A DNA stretch of 63,651 nucleotides, filler included, from Vannella sp. (Eukaryota), in assembly GCA_023345925.1 (NCBI GenBank). It is 8 parts of 8 records of this genome, joined end to end, with 100 filler letters (N's around TTAATTAATTAA, not from the genome) between each part and the next. Parts side by side here need not be neighbours in the genome. Positions count along the whole stretch, not along the records: positions 26,306 to 36,619 come from JAJQQN010000993.1; positions 36,720 to 44,511 come from JAJQQN010000514.1; 6 more parts are not named here. One strand, written 5' to 3'. The translations under genes and the position numbers were made by a program. Position 1 is the stretch's first letter, and each line of letters opens with the position of its first letter. Of the stretch, positions 31,239 to 40,830 are shown in pieces. The notes under the pieces are model-generated. The model saw nothing but the letters and a program-made list of their open reading frames with translations. It had not been told where the DNA came from and ran no database searches.

Positions 31239-32216
31239 ATGTGGTTGGCGGCTTTGGGTGTCGTCTTGGGGGTGCCGGGATGCTTGCTGGTGCGCTTGGC
31301 GTACCTCTTTGCGTTTCGGAACAGTGATAGGACGGTCTCGTTTGAGGAGAGTGTGGTGGATACAGAGTTGGAGACCCTGGCGACGGTGTCGGACATCGAT
31401 AATGACATTTATGATCGTTTGGCTCATCACTGGTGGGACCCTACGAAGGCCTTCTCTGCTGGCTTGCATGCCATGACACGCTTACGTGCTCCTGTGTTCC
31501 TGAACTACTTTGAGACCGTCCAGGGAAGCCTGGATAAGCGGCAGCAGCTCTGCATTGTCGATGTAGGTTGTGGAGGGGGCATTCTCGCCGAGGCTCTCGT
31601 TTGTGAAGCAAAGAAGAGAGGCTGCTGTGAGGTCTCCTTGATCGGTGTTGATCTAGCGGCTGGAGCGGTTCGAGCGGCTCATGAGCACGCTCAAGAAACC
31701 TTTGGCCCCTCCTCTGTTGCTGAGAACGGACGCAGTGACGAAGGAGTGAGCATAAACTACCGTGTAGGTAACGCTACTCGTCTTTCCTCTGCTGTTGCGG
31801 AGCACAGCGCTGACATGCTGGTGATTGCGGATGTTCTTGAGCATGTTCTGGATCTGCCTTCGGTGATGAGGGAGATCTCTCGAGTTTTGAAGCCAGGCGG
31901 TGTTCTTGTGTTTGATACTGTTAATAGGACAAGCCTAAGCTACATCATTGCCATTCTACTGGCCCAGGAGGTTCCATTCCTCAGCTTACTTCCATCACAC
32001 ACTCATGACTGGGCCTTGTTCCTTCGTCCTGACGAACTAAAACAGCTCTGCGAAGCCAATAGGCTACAACTAAAGTTCATAGAGGGATTTAGACCCTCTC
32101 TAGATGCTTCCTTGCTGAGAGGACTGCTTTTCCGAAGCTCATTGCATCGAATGTCGTTCACCACCTCCCCCGACCCTTCCGTTCAATACCTCGGATATGC
32201 TGTCAAGTCACTATAA
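31239..32216 (+). CDS. UbiG/Coq3-like SAM-dependent methyltransferase with an N-terminal membrane anchor
   Basis: IDNDIYD..HWWD..LHAM..R, VDVGCGGGILAE, DVLEHV, RVLKPGGVLVFDTVNRT, THDWALFLRPDEL and YLGYAVK. Hydrophobic N-terminus MWLAALGVVLGVPGCLLVRLAYLF. Single exon. Confidence 0.92.
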   Translation: MWLAALGVVLGVPGCLLVRLAYLFAFRNSDRTVSFEESVVDTELETLATVSDIDNDIYDRLAHHWWDPTKAFSAGLHAMTRLRAPVFLNYFETVQGSLDKRQQLCIVDVGCGGGILAEALVCEAKKRGCCEVSLIGVDLAAGAVRAAHEHAQETFGPSSVAENGRSDEGVSINYRVGNATRLSSAVAEHSADMLVIADVLEHVLDLPSVMREISRVLKPGGVLVFDTVNRTSLSYIIAILLAQEVPFLSLLPSHTHDWALFLRPDELKQLCEANRLQLKFIEGFRPSLDASLLRGLLFRSSLHRMSFTTSPDPSVQYLGYAVKSL

Positions 32217-32860
32217 ACTACACAAAAGACTGGAGTACAGAGCATCCAAGCATGGATGCCAAAAGACACATCTGGGAAGTGATATACTCCCTTCCCCTCT
32301 CCTGGCCGGCCCAGATAGGCACTCACACGGAAGACTTGTATGATCAATAGAAAGGCTATCTAGGCAGCTTTCGAGATAGCCTCATGAATGAAAGGGAACC
32401 AGAACGCCAAGAGTACTTTTTTGAAGAACTTGTGGGCTGGTGAAAGCTGGTTTACTGTGATTGTTCTAACCTTCCTGGAAAGCATGCAAGGGTGCTTTCC
32501 CATTGGGATGTGGTACCTAACTTCCACATTGCTTGCAAGCTGAGGAACCAAAGGATGAGGAGGACGGGATCGCTTGCATCGTCTGTGCGGAACCCCAATC
32601 CATCAATGAGGGAGCATTGCTGCTTGCAAGGACTGAGCTTGAACGCTGAAACAATGGAATGATTCCAGTCTCATCAAATGAGCCCATTGAAGAGTCGTTC
32701 GAACAATGACGTCCTCAAAAACACCTTTTTCAGGACAGAGAACCAAAAACGCGAGGAACTTGTCTTTCGAGTACCCGTTCGTCGCTTATAACATGAACTA
32801 GGGATCGATTCAAGCTGTATTTGAAAGGACATGTCTCGGTCAACAGGGACGGAGCCTCTA

Positions 32861-33490
32861 TCAGACGTTCATCAGCGGCCATGTGGAGTCGTCAGCATTA
32901 GAGTGGACGCTACTGAACAAGTCAGAACTTTCGCAGAAGCCCTCATACCAGTCGCTACCAGAAAGATCTGCAGAAGTTGGGTTTTGGTGCAGCTCTCCCG
33001 TGATGCTCTCTTCTTGAAGCGAAGAAGAGTCGAGAGGGGCCTTCGTTTCTTCGACACCCTTTTCACAGTAGAGAAACGTGAAGGTGGAGCAGGTCTGGAC
33101 CACACGGAGGTTCCACATCTTGAAAGAAGGCGGATGCATGGGAGCATGTGCGTTCTTGGTTTTGTTGGCTCGAGTATTGAGCTTCCGCATAACAACTGTT
33201 GTTGTTGCGTCAAGAACTACAGCGATTCTGGCATTGCATTGGCGCCATATCCAATGGTCCTCCTTTGGCAACTCATCAGCACTGACTGGGTCGTACGAGA
33301 AGCGGAAGAATCCAGAAGGGATCCCTTGTTGGGGTATCGGCTTGCTGTTGAGGATGTCTAAGTGTTTGGGCCAGTGATCGAGTAAGAACTGAAGAGTCCG
33401 CTTCTTTTCAGGTGACAAGTCAGAGACCATGACCTCCTTGGGCGTTGCCGCCCGACGAAGGTCATCCATCTGGAACATGACGATTGACAT
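32861..33490 (-). CDS. Hypothetical protein, possibly a transcription factor
   Basis: 209-aa ATG ORF with a globular basic/aromatic core and an acidic-aromatic low-complexity C-terminal tail. Confidence 0.6.
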   Translation of the reverse strand: MSIVMFQMDDLRRAATPKEVMVSDLSPEKKRTLQFLLDHWPKHLDILNSKPIPQQGIPSGFFRFSYDPVSADELPKEDHWIWRQCNARIAVVLDATTTVVMRKLNTRANKTKNAHAPMHPPSFKMWNLRVVQTCSTFTFLYCEKGVEETKAPLDSSSLQEESITGELHQNPTSADLSGSDWYEGFCESSDLFSSVHSNADDSTWPLMNV

Positions 33491-33800
33491 CGAACAGATG
33501 GTAGATGGGATGTACTGAATGACAACCTTCCGATTCTCTTGAGGTCCCTTTGTACAGCAAATCCTCAGCTTAATAACCGTTTCCTGTTGGAGATCAGATT
33601 CCCACAGACATATAAATGGCTATTTTATCAACGCAGTGATCCTGTGGCGCGTCGAGAATTAGGGTTAGGAAGGTGTTTAGGGTTTAAGGGTCATCGGAAG
33701 AGGAGTGTGTTGATGGAAAGGCCTATCAATCAGGGAAAGGCAGTTTCGATGCTGATAAACACGTCGACGTTATATCTCAAAGCTACTCAGGAAGGGGGGA

Positions 33801-35792
33801 ATGGTCGGGGAAAAGCTATCTCGAAGAGAAGGAGGTCATCAAGGACCACCTGAATCAACACGAGAGTCAGACGTTTGGGAGACCCTCTTGGCCCCTTCCT
33901 CGTTGGTTGAAAGAGAGAGGAGGGGAGGGGAGGACGGGAGGAGATCCTTTTTCTTGGAACACTTTCACGTCGTCCGCCATTCATGTCCGCATCCCTTTGG
34001 CAGAGCAGCCTCTTTAAGCCCTCTGCAGTCTTTGTAGCCTTTCCAGAGGTTGTAAAGAGTCGGAAAGAGGGGAAGGAGCCGGGGAAGAAGCGCTTCTTGT
34101 GGACTGGAGAGGAGGACGGAGTCTTCTCTCATCTGACTCATTGCCAGCGCTTCATGGGCAGCCATAGTGAAGGTAGGAGAGAGACCATACCCGTCAGGTT
34201 AACTTGTAACTCTTCATGAAGCCTTTCACTCCGGGGATCCCTCAGAATCACCCTGCACGAGGATTCTCTTATTGATAAGCATGTTGTACAAGACACTTTA
34301 CATTTCCTTTGAAGAGAAGTGTACTCTCAAAGACTTAGTGATGCAGAATGACCCGCGAGTGTACGCAACACTGGAGTTATTTGAAAGCCATCACACTCTT
34401 TATGCCTTCCAAGAAGACATTCGCCTCCTTCTCGATTCCCTCGCCAGCAGCACCGTTCAGGAAGCAGAGGACTGTATCACTAGCAGTCCGTTTTCTGTAG
34501 ATTCTACTGCAGTTCACATTCAGAGGACTGAATGGGTCCATTCAAAGTGGAAAGTGAATGTCAATTCACTTTGTCGGCAGGGACATCTTGAGTTGAAGAG
34601 GGTCGCCGCTCTTTCTCTTGAGAATTGTGTGGTCGTCATTAAATCAGGATGGCCTTCGCCAACAAACGATCGAGACTGGGAATGGAGCTCTTCGTCCGTT
34701 CCTCAACGCCTTCTGGAACTCCACAATAATGGGTTCGATATTCTCCTTCTCTCCTCCTTGGAGATTCCTTTATCAAGTGAAAGGTGAGAGAACTAAGACA
34801 GAGCCTCTGCTTAACCACTGAAGATCTACAGAAGCTATTCTCATCATGGCAAGGATCGAGTCAATAGTTGCTAGTTTGAGTGGAATCCCAATCTCTGCAG
34901 CCGTATCTATCAAAGAAGATTATGCAAAGATCCCTCAGACGGGTCTATGGGACCTGATGAAGGCCAACGCAGATCAAAGTCCCCAATTTTTTGTGGGATC
35001 TTGCGCTGGGAGACTCCAGGACTCCTCTGCAGCGGACCGCAAATTTGCATTGAATCTGAGAGTACCATTCTATACTGTAGAAGAGTTCTTCCTGCAGCAA
35101 AGACCACAAACGTATCACTTAGGGTTTACCCCATTTGCTTGGAATCTCTCTGCTGACTCTTCTCCTCTTTCTGCACACATTCCTGAGGATCTCAAAGACT
35201 CTGAGTGTTCTTTAGTCCTTCTTGTTGGCCTCCCTTCCTCCGGAAAGACGTGAGTTACCATCAGAATGTGAATTTCCTTGATGAGGGACATCTGACACTT
35301 CTGTAGATGGATTGGCCTTCAATTAGCCGAGGTAATGAAATGTTCGCTTGTGAACCTCAATCTCGATAGCTCAGAGTGCATGTTCGATCGTCTATCGTCC
35401 ATTGAGTTGATGCTTCAGAACAGTCAATCGGTTGTAGTGGAAGGGTCCTTTCCCTCTTTCCTTTCCCGCCAGCGACTCGTCACACTCACCAAGTCCCACT
35501 CTAAGAGATGCCATTGCATCTATGTGGATGTCTCCCTAGATCTAGCCTTGCACTTGAGCGCGTATCGAAACGTAAGAACCGCTTTCACCCTCACGCTTCC
35601 AACGCACTCATCCTCTTCAAGAAACTCTCCAACGGCATCATCCCTCGTGTTCCTATGTCTGATTATCTCGCTTTTCAACGCCAATTTCAAGCGCCCAGTC
35701 CTTTAGAAGGATTCTCTCATTCCTCGATTCCGTTTTTGCCCTTTTTCAGCTCCCAAGAGCGCAGGGCTGCCTTCCAGCAGTATTTCATTTAA
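33801..35792 (+). CDS. Degenerate polynucleotide kinase/3'-phosphatase (PNKP-like), multi-exon; 5' end uncertain
   Basis: DWEW..VPQRLLELHNNGF, KIPQTGLWD, FFVGSCAGR..DRKFALNLRVPFYTVEEFF, P-loop LVGLPSSGKT and FQAPSPLEGFS. Confidence 0.8.
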
Positions 35793-35906
35793 GAATCAGA
35801 TTGAAGTGCATTAGAGTGAAGAACTCTTTGGCGCTCGCCTTCATCGTAGAGCTCTGAACGTTGCTATTCGTATCTCATTCCACGTGTGTGGTGTATTCTT
35901 GTCGAT

Positions 35907-36619
35907 TTAGATGAGTTGGAAGCCATCTTTGATGCTCCAAGTGAGCTGGTTCTCGATTAGATTGGTCTCCCGAGCCTTGACCTTGCTCCCAGTGGCGTAT
36001 TTGTGGCCCGCAGCGAAGAGTGACTCCCAGAGAACCTTCTTGAAGACAGAGCCATTCTCATGGATGAGATCCAGCTCTACTCTATGAGGTATCTTCGTCT
36101 GAGGGAGTAACGAGGGAAACAGGAAGAGGTGGAATGATTCCTCCGGACTGGAAGGACATTGGAATGGGAGAAGTGAATGGAGACAGGTGTAAGAGGGATG
36201 GCGACGGGGCTTACTAAACTCAGAGAAGTAGAGCTGAGCCTGATTGCCTACCAAGGGCGTGATACGGAACGTGAAGCCGATGATGCGATGTTTGCGGAGG
36301 TTGTAAAGAGTGATTTGCCTCGATTTCCCCATCTTTTTGAATGTAAAGTCGCTCTTTCCCTCGAAGGGCCTGTGGATAGACCCCCTTTGCTGGCAAGTTA
36401 ACCTCACCCTCTCTTCCGGTGGAAGCGGGGTGCAGTTGTCCTCTGGAGTGGGGGGTGAGTCGTTCTGTTCAGAAGTGATATAGGTAGATTCAATCTGAGG
36501 CATTCCATCAGCAGACCTCTCGAAGCTGATCACTTGAAACTCGGGGAGAGCGCGGCGGGGATGCGTCATGTGGGATTTGAAAAAAATGTACCGGTCCGTC
36601 ACCATCATAGAAGACACAA
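35907..36619 (-). CDS. Hypothetical beta-rich basic protein, possibly 5' truncated
   Basis: 236-codon open frame that begins at the contig edge and converges on the PNKP-like gene. No recognised family. Confidence 0.55.
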
Positions 36620-36719
36620 NNNNNNNNNNNNNNNNNNNNNNNNNNNNNNNNNNNNNNNNNNNNTTAATTAATTAANNNNNNNNNNNNNNNNNNNNNNNNN
36701 NNNNNNNNNNNNNNNNNNN
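36620..36719. other. Artificial contig linker
   Basis: N44-TTAATTAATTAA-N44. Confidence 0.99.
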
Positions 36720-36767
36720 GAGCATACCAGTCCCTCGGGTTCGTGGGTTCGAGTCCCACAGCTTGCA
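36720..36767 (+). tRNA. 3' half of a long-variable-arm tRNA, probably tRNA-Leu (truncated by the contig start)
   Basis: Variable arm CCCTCGGG, T-arm GTGGG-TTCGAGT-CCCAC, acceptor 3' strand ending GCTTGC-A (A discriminator), then a T5 terminator. The anticodon is not visible. Confidence 0.8.
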
Positions 36768-36821
36768 TCTCTTTTTCTTCCTTCTCCCCTTTTTGCTGCT
36801 TTGCCAGTATCTCCAGAGGGG

Positions 36822-39800
36822 ATGCTGGCTTCGTTAAATTGTGGAAGGTCATTTTTTCTAATGGGAGAGGGACTCGAAGGCTTCTTGGCCCTCCACACAG
36901 AAGTTCTTCTGGAAGAGGGCTGCTTGGAAGGCGAGCCCTACGCAAAGTTCTGGAACAACCTGATACTCTCTTCCAGTGGCATTTCCTTCTTCGTCACCGC
37001 CACCATCGGGCAGTTCCTCTTCCTCTCCTGCGGGCAGCATCGCACCGGCTCATTCCCTGATTTCCTTCAGCGCCTGGGCCAGCCGAACGGCCTTTCACTC
37101 AAGGAACTGAAAGCTAGTGAAGACTCACAAGCAGATATCCTCCTTCCCGCCCTTTCTCATCGGAAGCCTCCCTCCATTTCCTTGACTCCCGTGCACAGGA
37201 GACTCTGAACCGACTCTACAACACAATCATGGTCACTTCCCTCTTCTATAACGTAACAGCAACAGATGAAGTGGTGAATGCAGTCCAACATTGGAGCCGC
37301 TTTGCCATTCTCAATACCCAACGGAGTCTCGTACTCGATGTAGGGTTCCCTCTTCTCTTCCAGGCTGTACTAAGGAGTGATTAAGTTTCTTCTGCAACAT
37401 GTGGTTGAAGCCAGAAGCTCGAAGAACGCGCGACTGATGTGGTTGGTGGAGAAAATGTATTTGTTTATGGCTGACGGCTCGCTCCCCTCCTCCCAAGACC
37501 GCGAATATGGTACGGACATCTCCCATTCCCATTTGCACCTCTCCTTATCCTTTCTTTAGTGGTCGCATCCTCTTTCCACGCTTACCTCCGCTATGTGCTT
37601 TACACAGACCCACAAGGTGTTCAAGTGATCTTCGAAAGTATTTCCATGTACTTGGGACACCCCAACACGACAAAAGGAGTTATTTTAGCACTTCTCCACG
37701 CCTTCCAACAGTTTGTCGTTTATGTATGCATTCTTACTCCCTCCATACTCCCAGTTTGGACTAGTGAGTGAGTGATTGACTTTCTCCAGCATCCGGGGAT
37801 GAATTCCACTGTCATGGAGGGATCTTATCAGCTGCTGCAGCGGAAATATTATCTCTGGCCTCTTCCTTATAGCAACCTAGCTCACCGCCTCCTCCAAACA
37901 CTTGTCTTGGAAAAGAAAGCTGCCGGAAGCGCGCTTCGCCAAAGATTCATTACCGAGCACCCTGAGCTCTTAGGAGGTCCTTCAGATGCACTGTAAGAAT
38001 TCGAAGACAGGTATCATACTGACTAGAGTAGAGCCACTACAATCTACTTCTTCGTTGATTCAAAATGCCCCAATGCAGAGTTGGTGTCGAAACTTGTTGA
38101 AATGGGACAAGATTCAACCACTTATACCACCTTAGAGATGCAAATCCATTTGTTAGCCAGTAAGCAGGGGGCTGGCATTTGACTATTCGCTGACTGGCTG
38201 TTCATCGAAGACATATTTGAGTGGGAGAACCAGGCTAACCCGGAACTTTTGGGACTCCAGTACTTGGACTCCCAGAGTGCCCAACGATATTTAAACCACG
38301 CTATTCGTATTCTCAAAGAAGCAGTTATGATGTAGGTCACGTGCAGCGTTAGGCGATGAGTGCAAACTCACCTTCAAAAGGTCTCAAGAGGATGCCACTC
38401 ACTTCAAAACGCGGCAACTCACCAGCTTACAAGACGAAATTCTTCTTTTGAAACACAGTAGCAACTCAATCCAAACGAACCTGCGCAAAGGAACGCCTCG
38501 CTTGCCACATCTGAAGATTGTTATGTCGATTGTAGCCTGCGATAACACTCAGCCTCAAAGGCAGGCCATCCTAGAGTCTGGAACGCTCCTTCCTGACAGA
38601 GCCTTGGCTCTTCACATCGATGCTATTTTTCAAAAGCATAAGCCTGCAGAGGGTCAAGAAGGTCGCCCTCCAGCCCTCCTTCGAATGGCACTTTGCGGAA
38701 ACGATGCCACTCTTCATCACCTCTCGGGAGCCATTGCGCAGTATCACCGTGCCAACTCGTATAGGGACTTTGAAATCCGCTTTTATTTCCTCCCAGTGGG
38801 CCCTTCTGTCTTTGCCAATTGGCTCAGCAGGCAGGATCCTTGGTGGGGCCGGAGCGTGGCAGCAACAATTCAACAATTGGCTCACTTGTATCCCTCCCTT
38901 ATCCCCATTCCTGGCGATTCAAAGTACCACGCTAACTTCAAGAAGCTTGCTGAGCTCTCTTCCTCTCCTATCGAGCCCCAGCGTCGAAGTAGATCCATTA
39001 GTAACGATCCAAAAGTTGGAGAAATGCAACGCAAGCTTCTATTGTGTCACGTGGGAGGCTCGGAGAAGAAGGTCAAATCCAATATGATGCTTAGAGTCAA
39101 GGCCAATCGCACGGCGTTTTGTAGTCCGTACTCTCCCAACTATAATCTCCGCTTTGAAATGGAAAACTTCTTTCGAGAGGCTCAGATGGTCTTGCCTCTG
39201 TCTCTCTTCCGATGTGAGATATGGCTGAGTGAGAGCCTTCAATGTGATATCGTCATTCCCTTCCTTCTGCATGCTGAGATCGGCTGCCGAGTGGAGAGCC
39301 TTCAGGTACATTCATTCTAACTCCTTCCTTACGAAGGTCTTCTCACCCTCTCCTAGGAGTCTGGTTCAGAGCCGGAAGGTCGAATGTCCTCCTCTCGAAT
39401 GAGATCGTTAACTCCAGCCCTCAAGATAATCTACAGTCTGGTGAGAGGCCATTTCCCAATACCTGCAAGTCACTTTGGTATTTACTCTCTTGGGCATGCC
39501 AGGTGGACTTTAAAGGCTCTCGTAAGCAATATGTCAACATTCATACCAAAAGCTATTCAGAGATCTTCTTCTCCAACGTCCCCGTGCCGGGAAAGGCATT
39601 TACTAACTCTGCGTCACCTTGCTCGCCTTCTCTTACGGCGCGTCTGCAAGAATACGACGTAGGTTACCTTCTTCTTGACCTGTGGTACCTAATTGGCCTC
39701 CGTAGAAACGGAAGAAAGCCTTGCCACCGCCGGTAGACATGACAATCTCCACCATGGAGCTCTGCGCCGAGGAGGGCGCCCGTTTCGCCCTGCAATTAGA

Positions 39801-39996
39801 CGGGCAACCCTACGGGCCTTGTCACAAGATTTTGTAAGAGACTATGACTACGTTTCACTCGCCAGGGTTCCCTAACGACCTTCACAGGATCTCCTCAAAG
39901 GAGTTGGTCTACGGCAGGCCCACCAGCCTGCCCCTGGTGAACTTCTTGCCTCTACGAGAAGATATGACGCTTCATGAGACGCTCTCGTTGGTGTGA
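36822..39996 (+). CDS. PI3K class IB regulatory subunit (p101/p84)-like protein (multi-exon)
   Basis: Colinear p101-like blocks: YLWPLPYSNLAHRLLQTLVLEKKAAG..E, LRMALCGND, IRFYFLPV..QDPWWGRSV, FFREAQMVLPLSLFRCEI..FLLHAEIG, FALQLDG, and C-terminal SLPLVNF. Stop TGA at 39994-39996. Confidence 0.72.
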
Positions 39997-40241
39997 TCAC
40001 AGAGAGAACGCGAGATTCTCATCTGCCCAAACGTGCGATCGAAGAATGGTGTTTGCTCTCTGCCAGGGAGGCAGTGGGGTCTTCTAAACGTCTTTGCCTT
40101 CAGAGACTAGTTCCATCACTAAGCTGGAAAGGTTTCCTGTCCTCTACAGTCCCTCAGGACGGTCCTCCACGATCAGAAGGGCGCAAGCATTCGGGTGGAG
40201 GTGTATAAGGTCAAGGGGTGAACAAAGAGGGGGAGAATTCA

Positions 40242-40724
40242 TTACTCCTTAGTCAGGGCAGTGTTGTAATCGATTCCGTGGCGCTGTTTGTAGTAAAAGT
40301 CCTTCTTCCATTGCAATCGCTCCTTGATCAAGAAGTTCCTTGCCGCCTTCCTCGCACGGCTTGTCTCCACAGGCTCGTTGATGAACTCGATGCGAGCAAC
40401 AGGCACGTCGTCCCCGATACGGTTGTACAAAGGCGTGATGCGGCAGTAACCACCAGCACGGTCAGCGTACCGGTCTGCCATCACATTCCACAGCTTCTGT
40501 ACGGGCTCTGTAGTCTGTAAAAAGTCTCCCGCCTTCCTGCGCGAGAGCAAGTTGTTCGTCTTCGACATCGTCACCAAACGCTCCACCACCGGGCGCAGCG
40601 CCTTTGCCTTCGACAGAGTCGTCTTCATCGACTCATTCATGATCAACTGACCACACATCGTCCGCAGCATCGACATACGATGCGAAGACGACTTACTCAG
40701 CTTCTTGACCGTGTAAGTGGGCAT
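40242..40724 (-). CDS. MRPL17: Mitochondrial ribosomal protein bL17m
   Basis: [59 protein letters not shown]. Confidence 0.93.
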   Translation of the reverse strand: MPTYTVKKLSKSSSHRMSMLRTMCGQLIMNESMKTTLSKAKALRPVVERLVTMSKTNNLLSRRKAGDFLQTTEPVQKLWNVMADRYADRAGGYCRITPLYNRIGDDVPVARIEFINEPVETSRARKAARNFLIKERLQWKKDFYYKQRHGIDYNTALTKE

Positions 40725-40830
40725 CCTCTCCTGGCCACCAAGAAATGACCATTCCCAGACCCTTCCTCCACTGCCAGCACCTTCCTATTTCTCTTTCTTT
40801 TGTTTTTCTTTATTTTTTGGGCGTGTGGGG

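Noticed and set aside
26689..32216. Cluster is simply the canonical ubiquinone pathway (COQ2/COQ6/COQ1/COQ3)
   Set aside because: The synthase is short-chain GGPPS-type, the UbiA protein has MenA-like rather than Coq2 motifs, the FMO lacks the Coq6/UbiH HPLAGQG.NLG signature, and none has a mitochondrial presequence. This reading is disfavoured but not formally excluded without phylogeny.
32217..32860. Additional cluster gene between the methyltransferase and the TF-like ORF
   Set aside because: Only short ORFs with no recognisable motifs or convincing exon chain.
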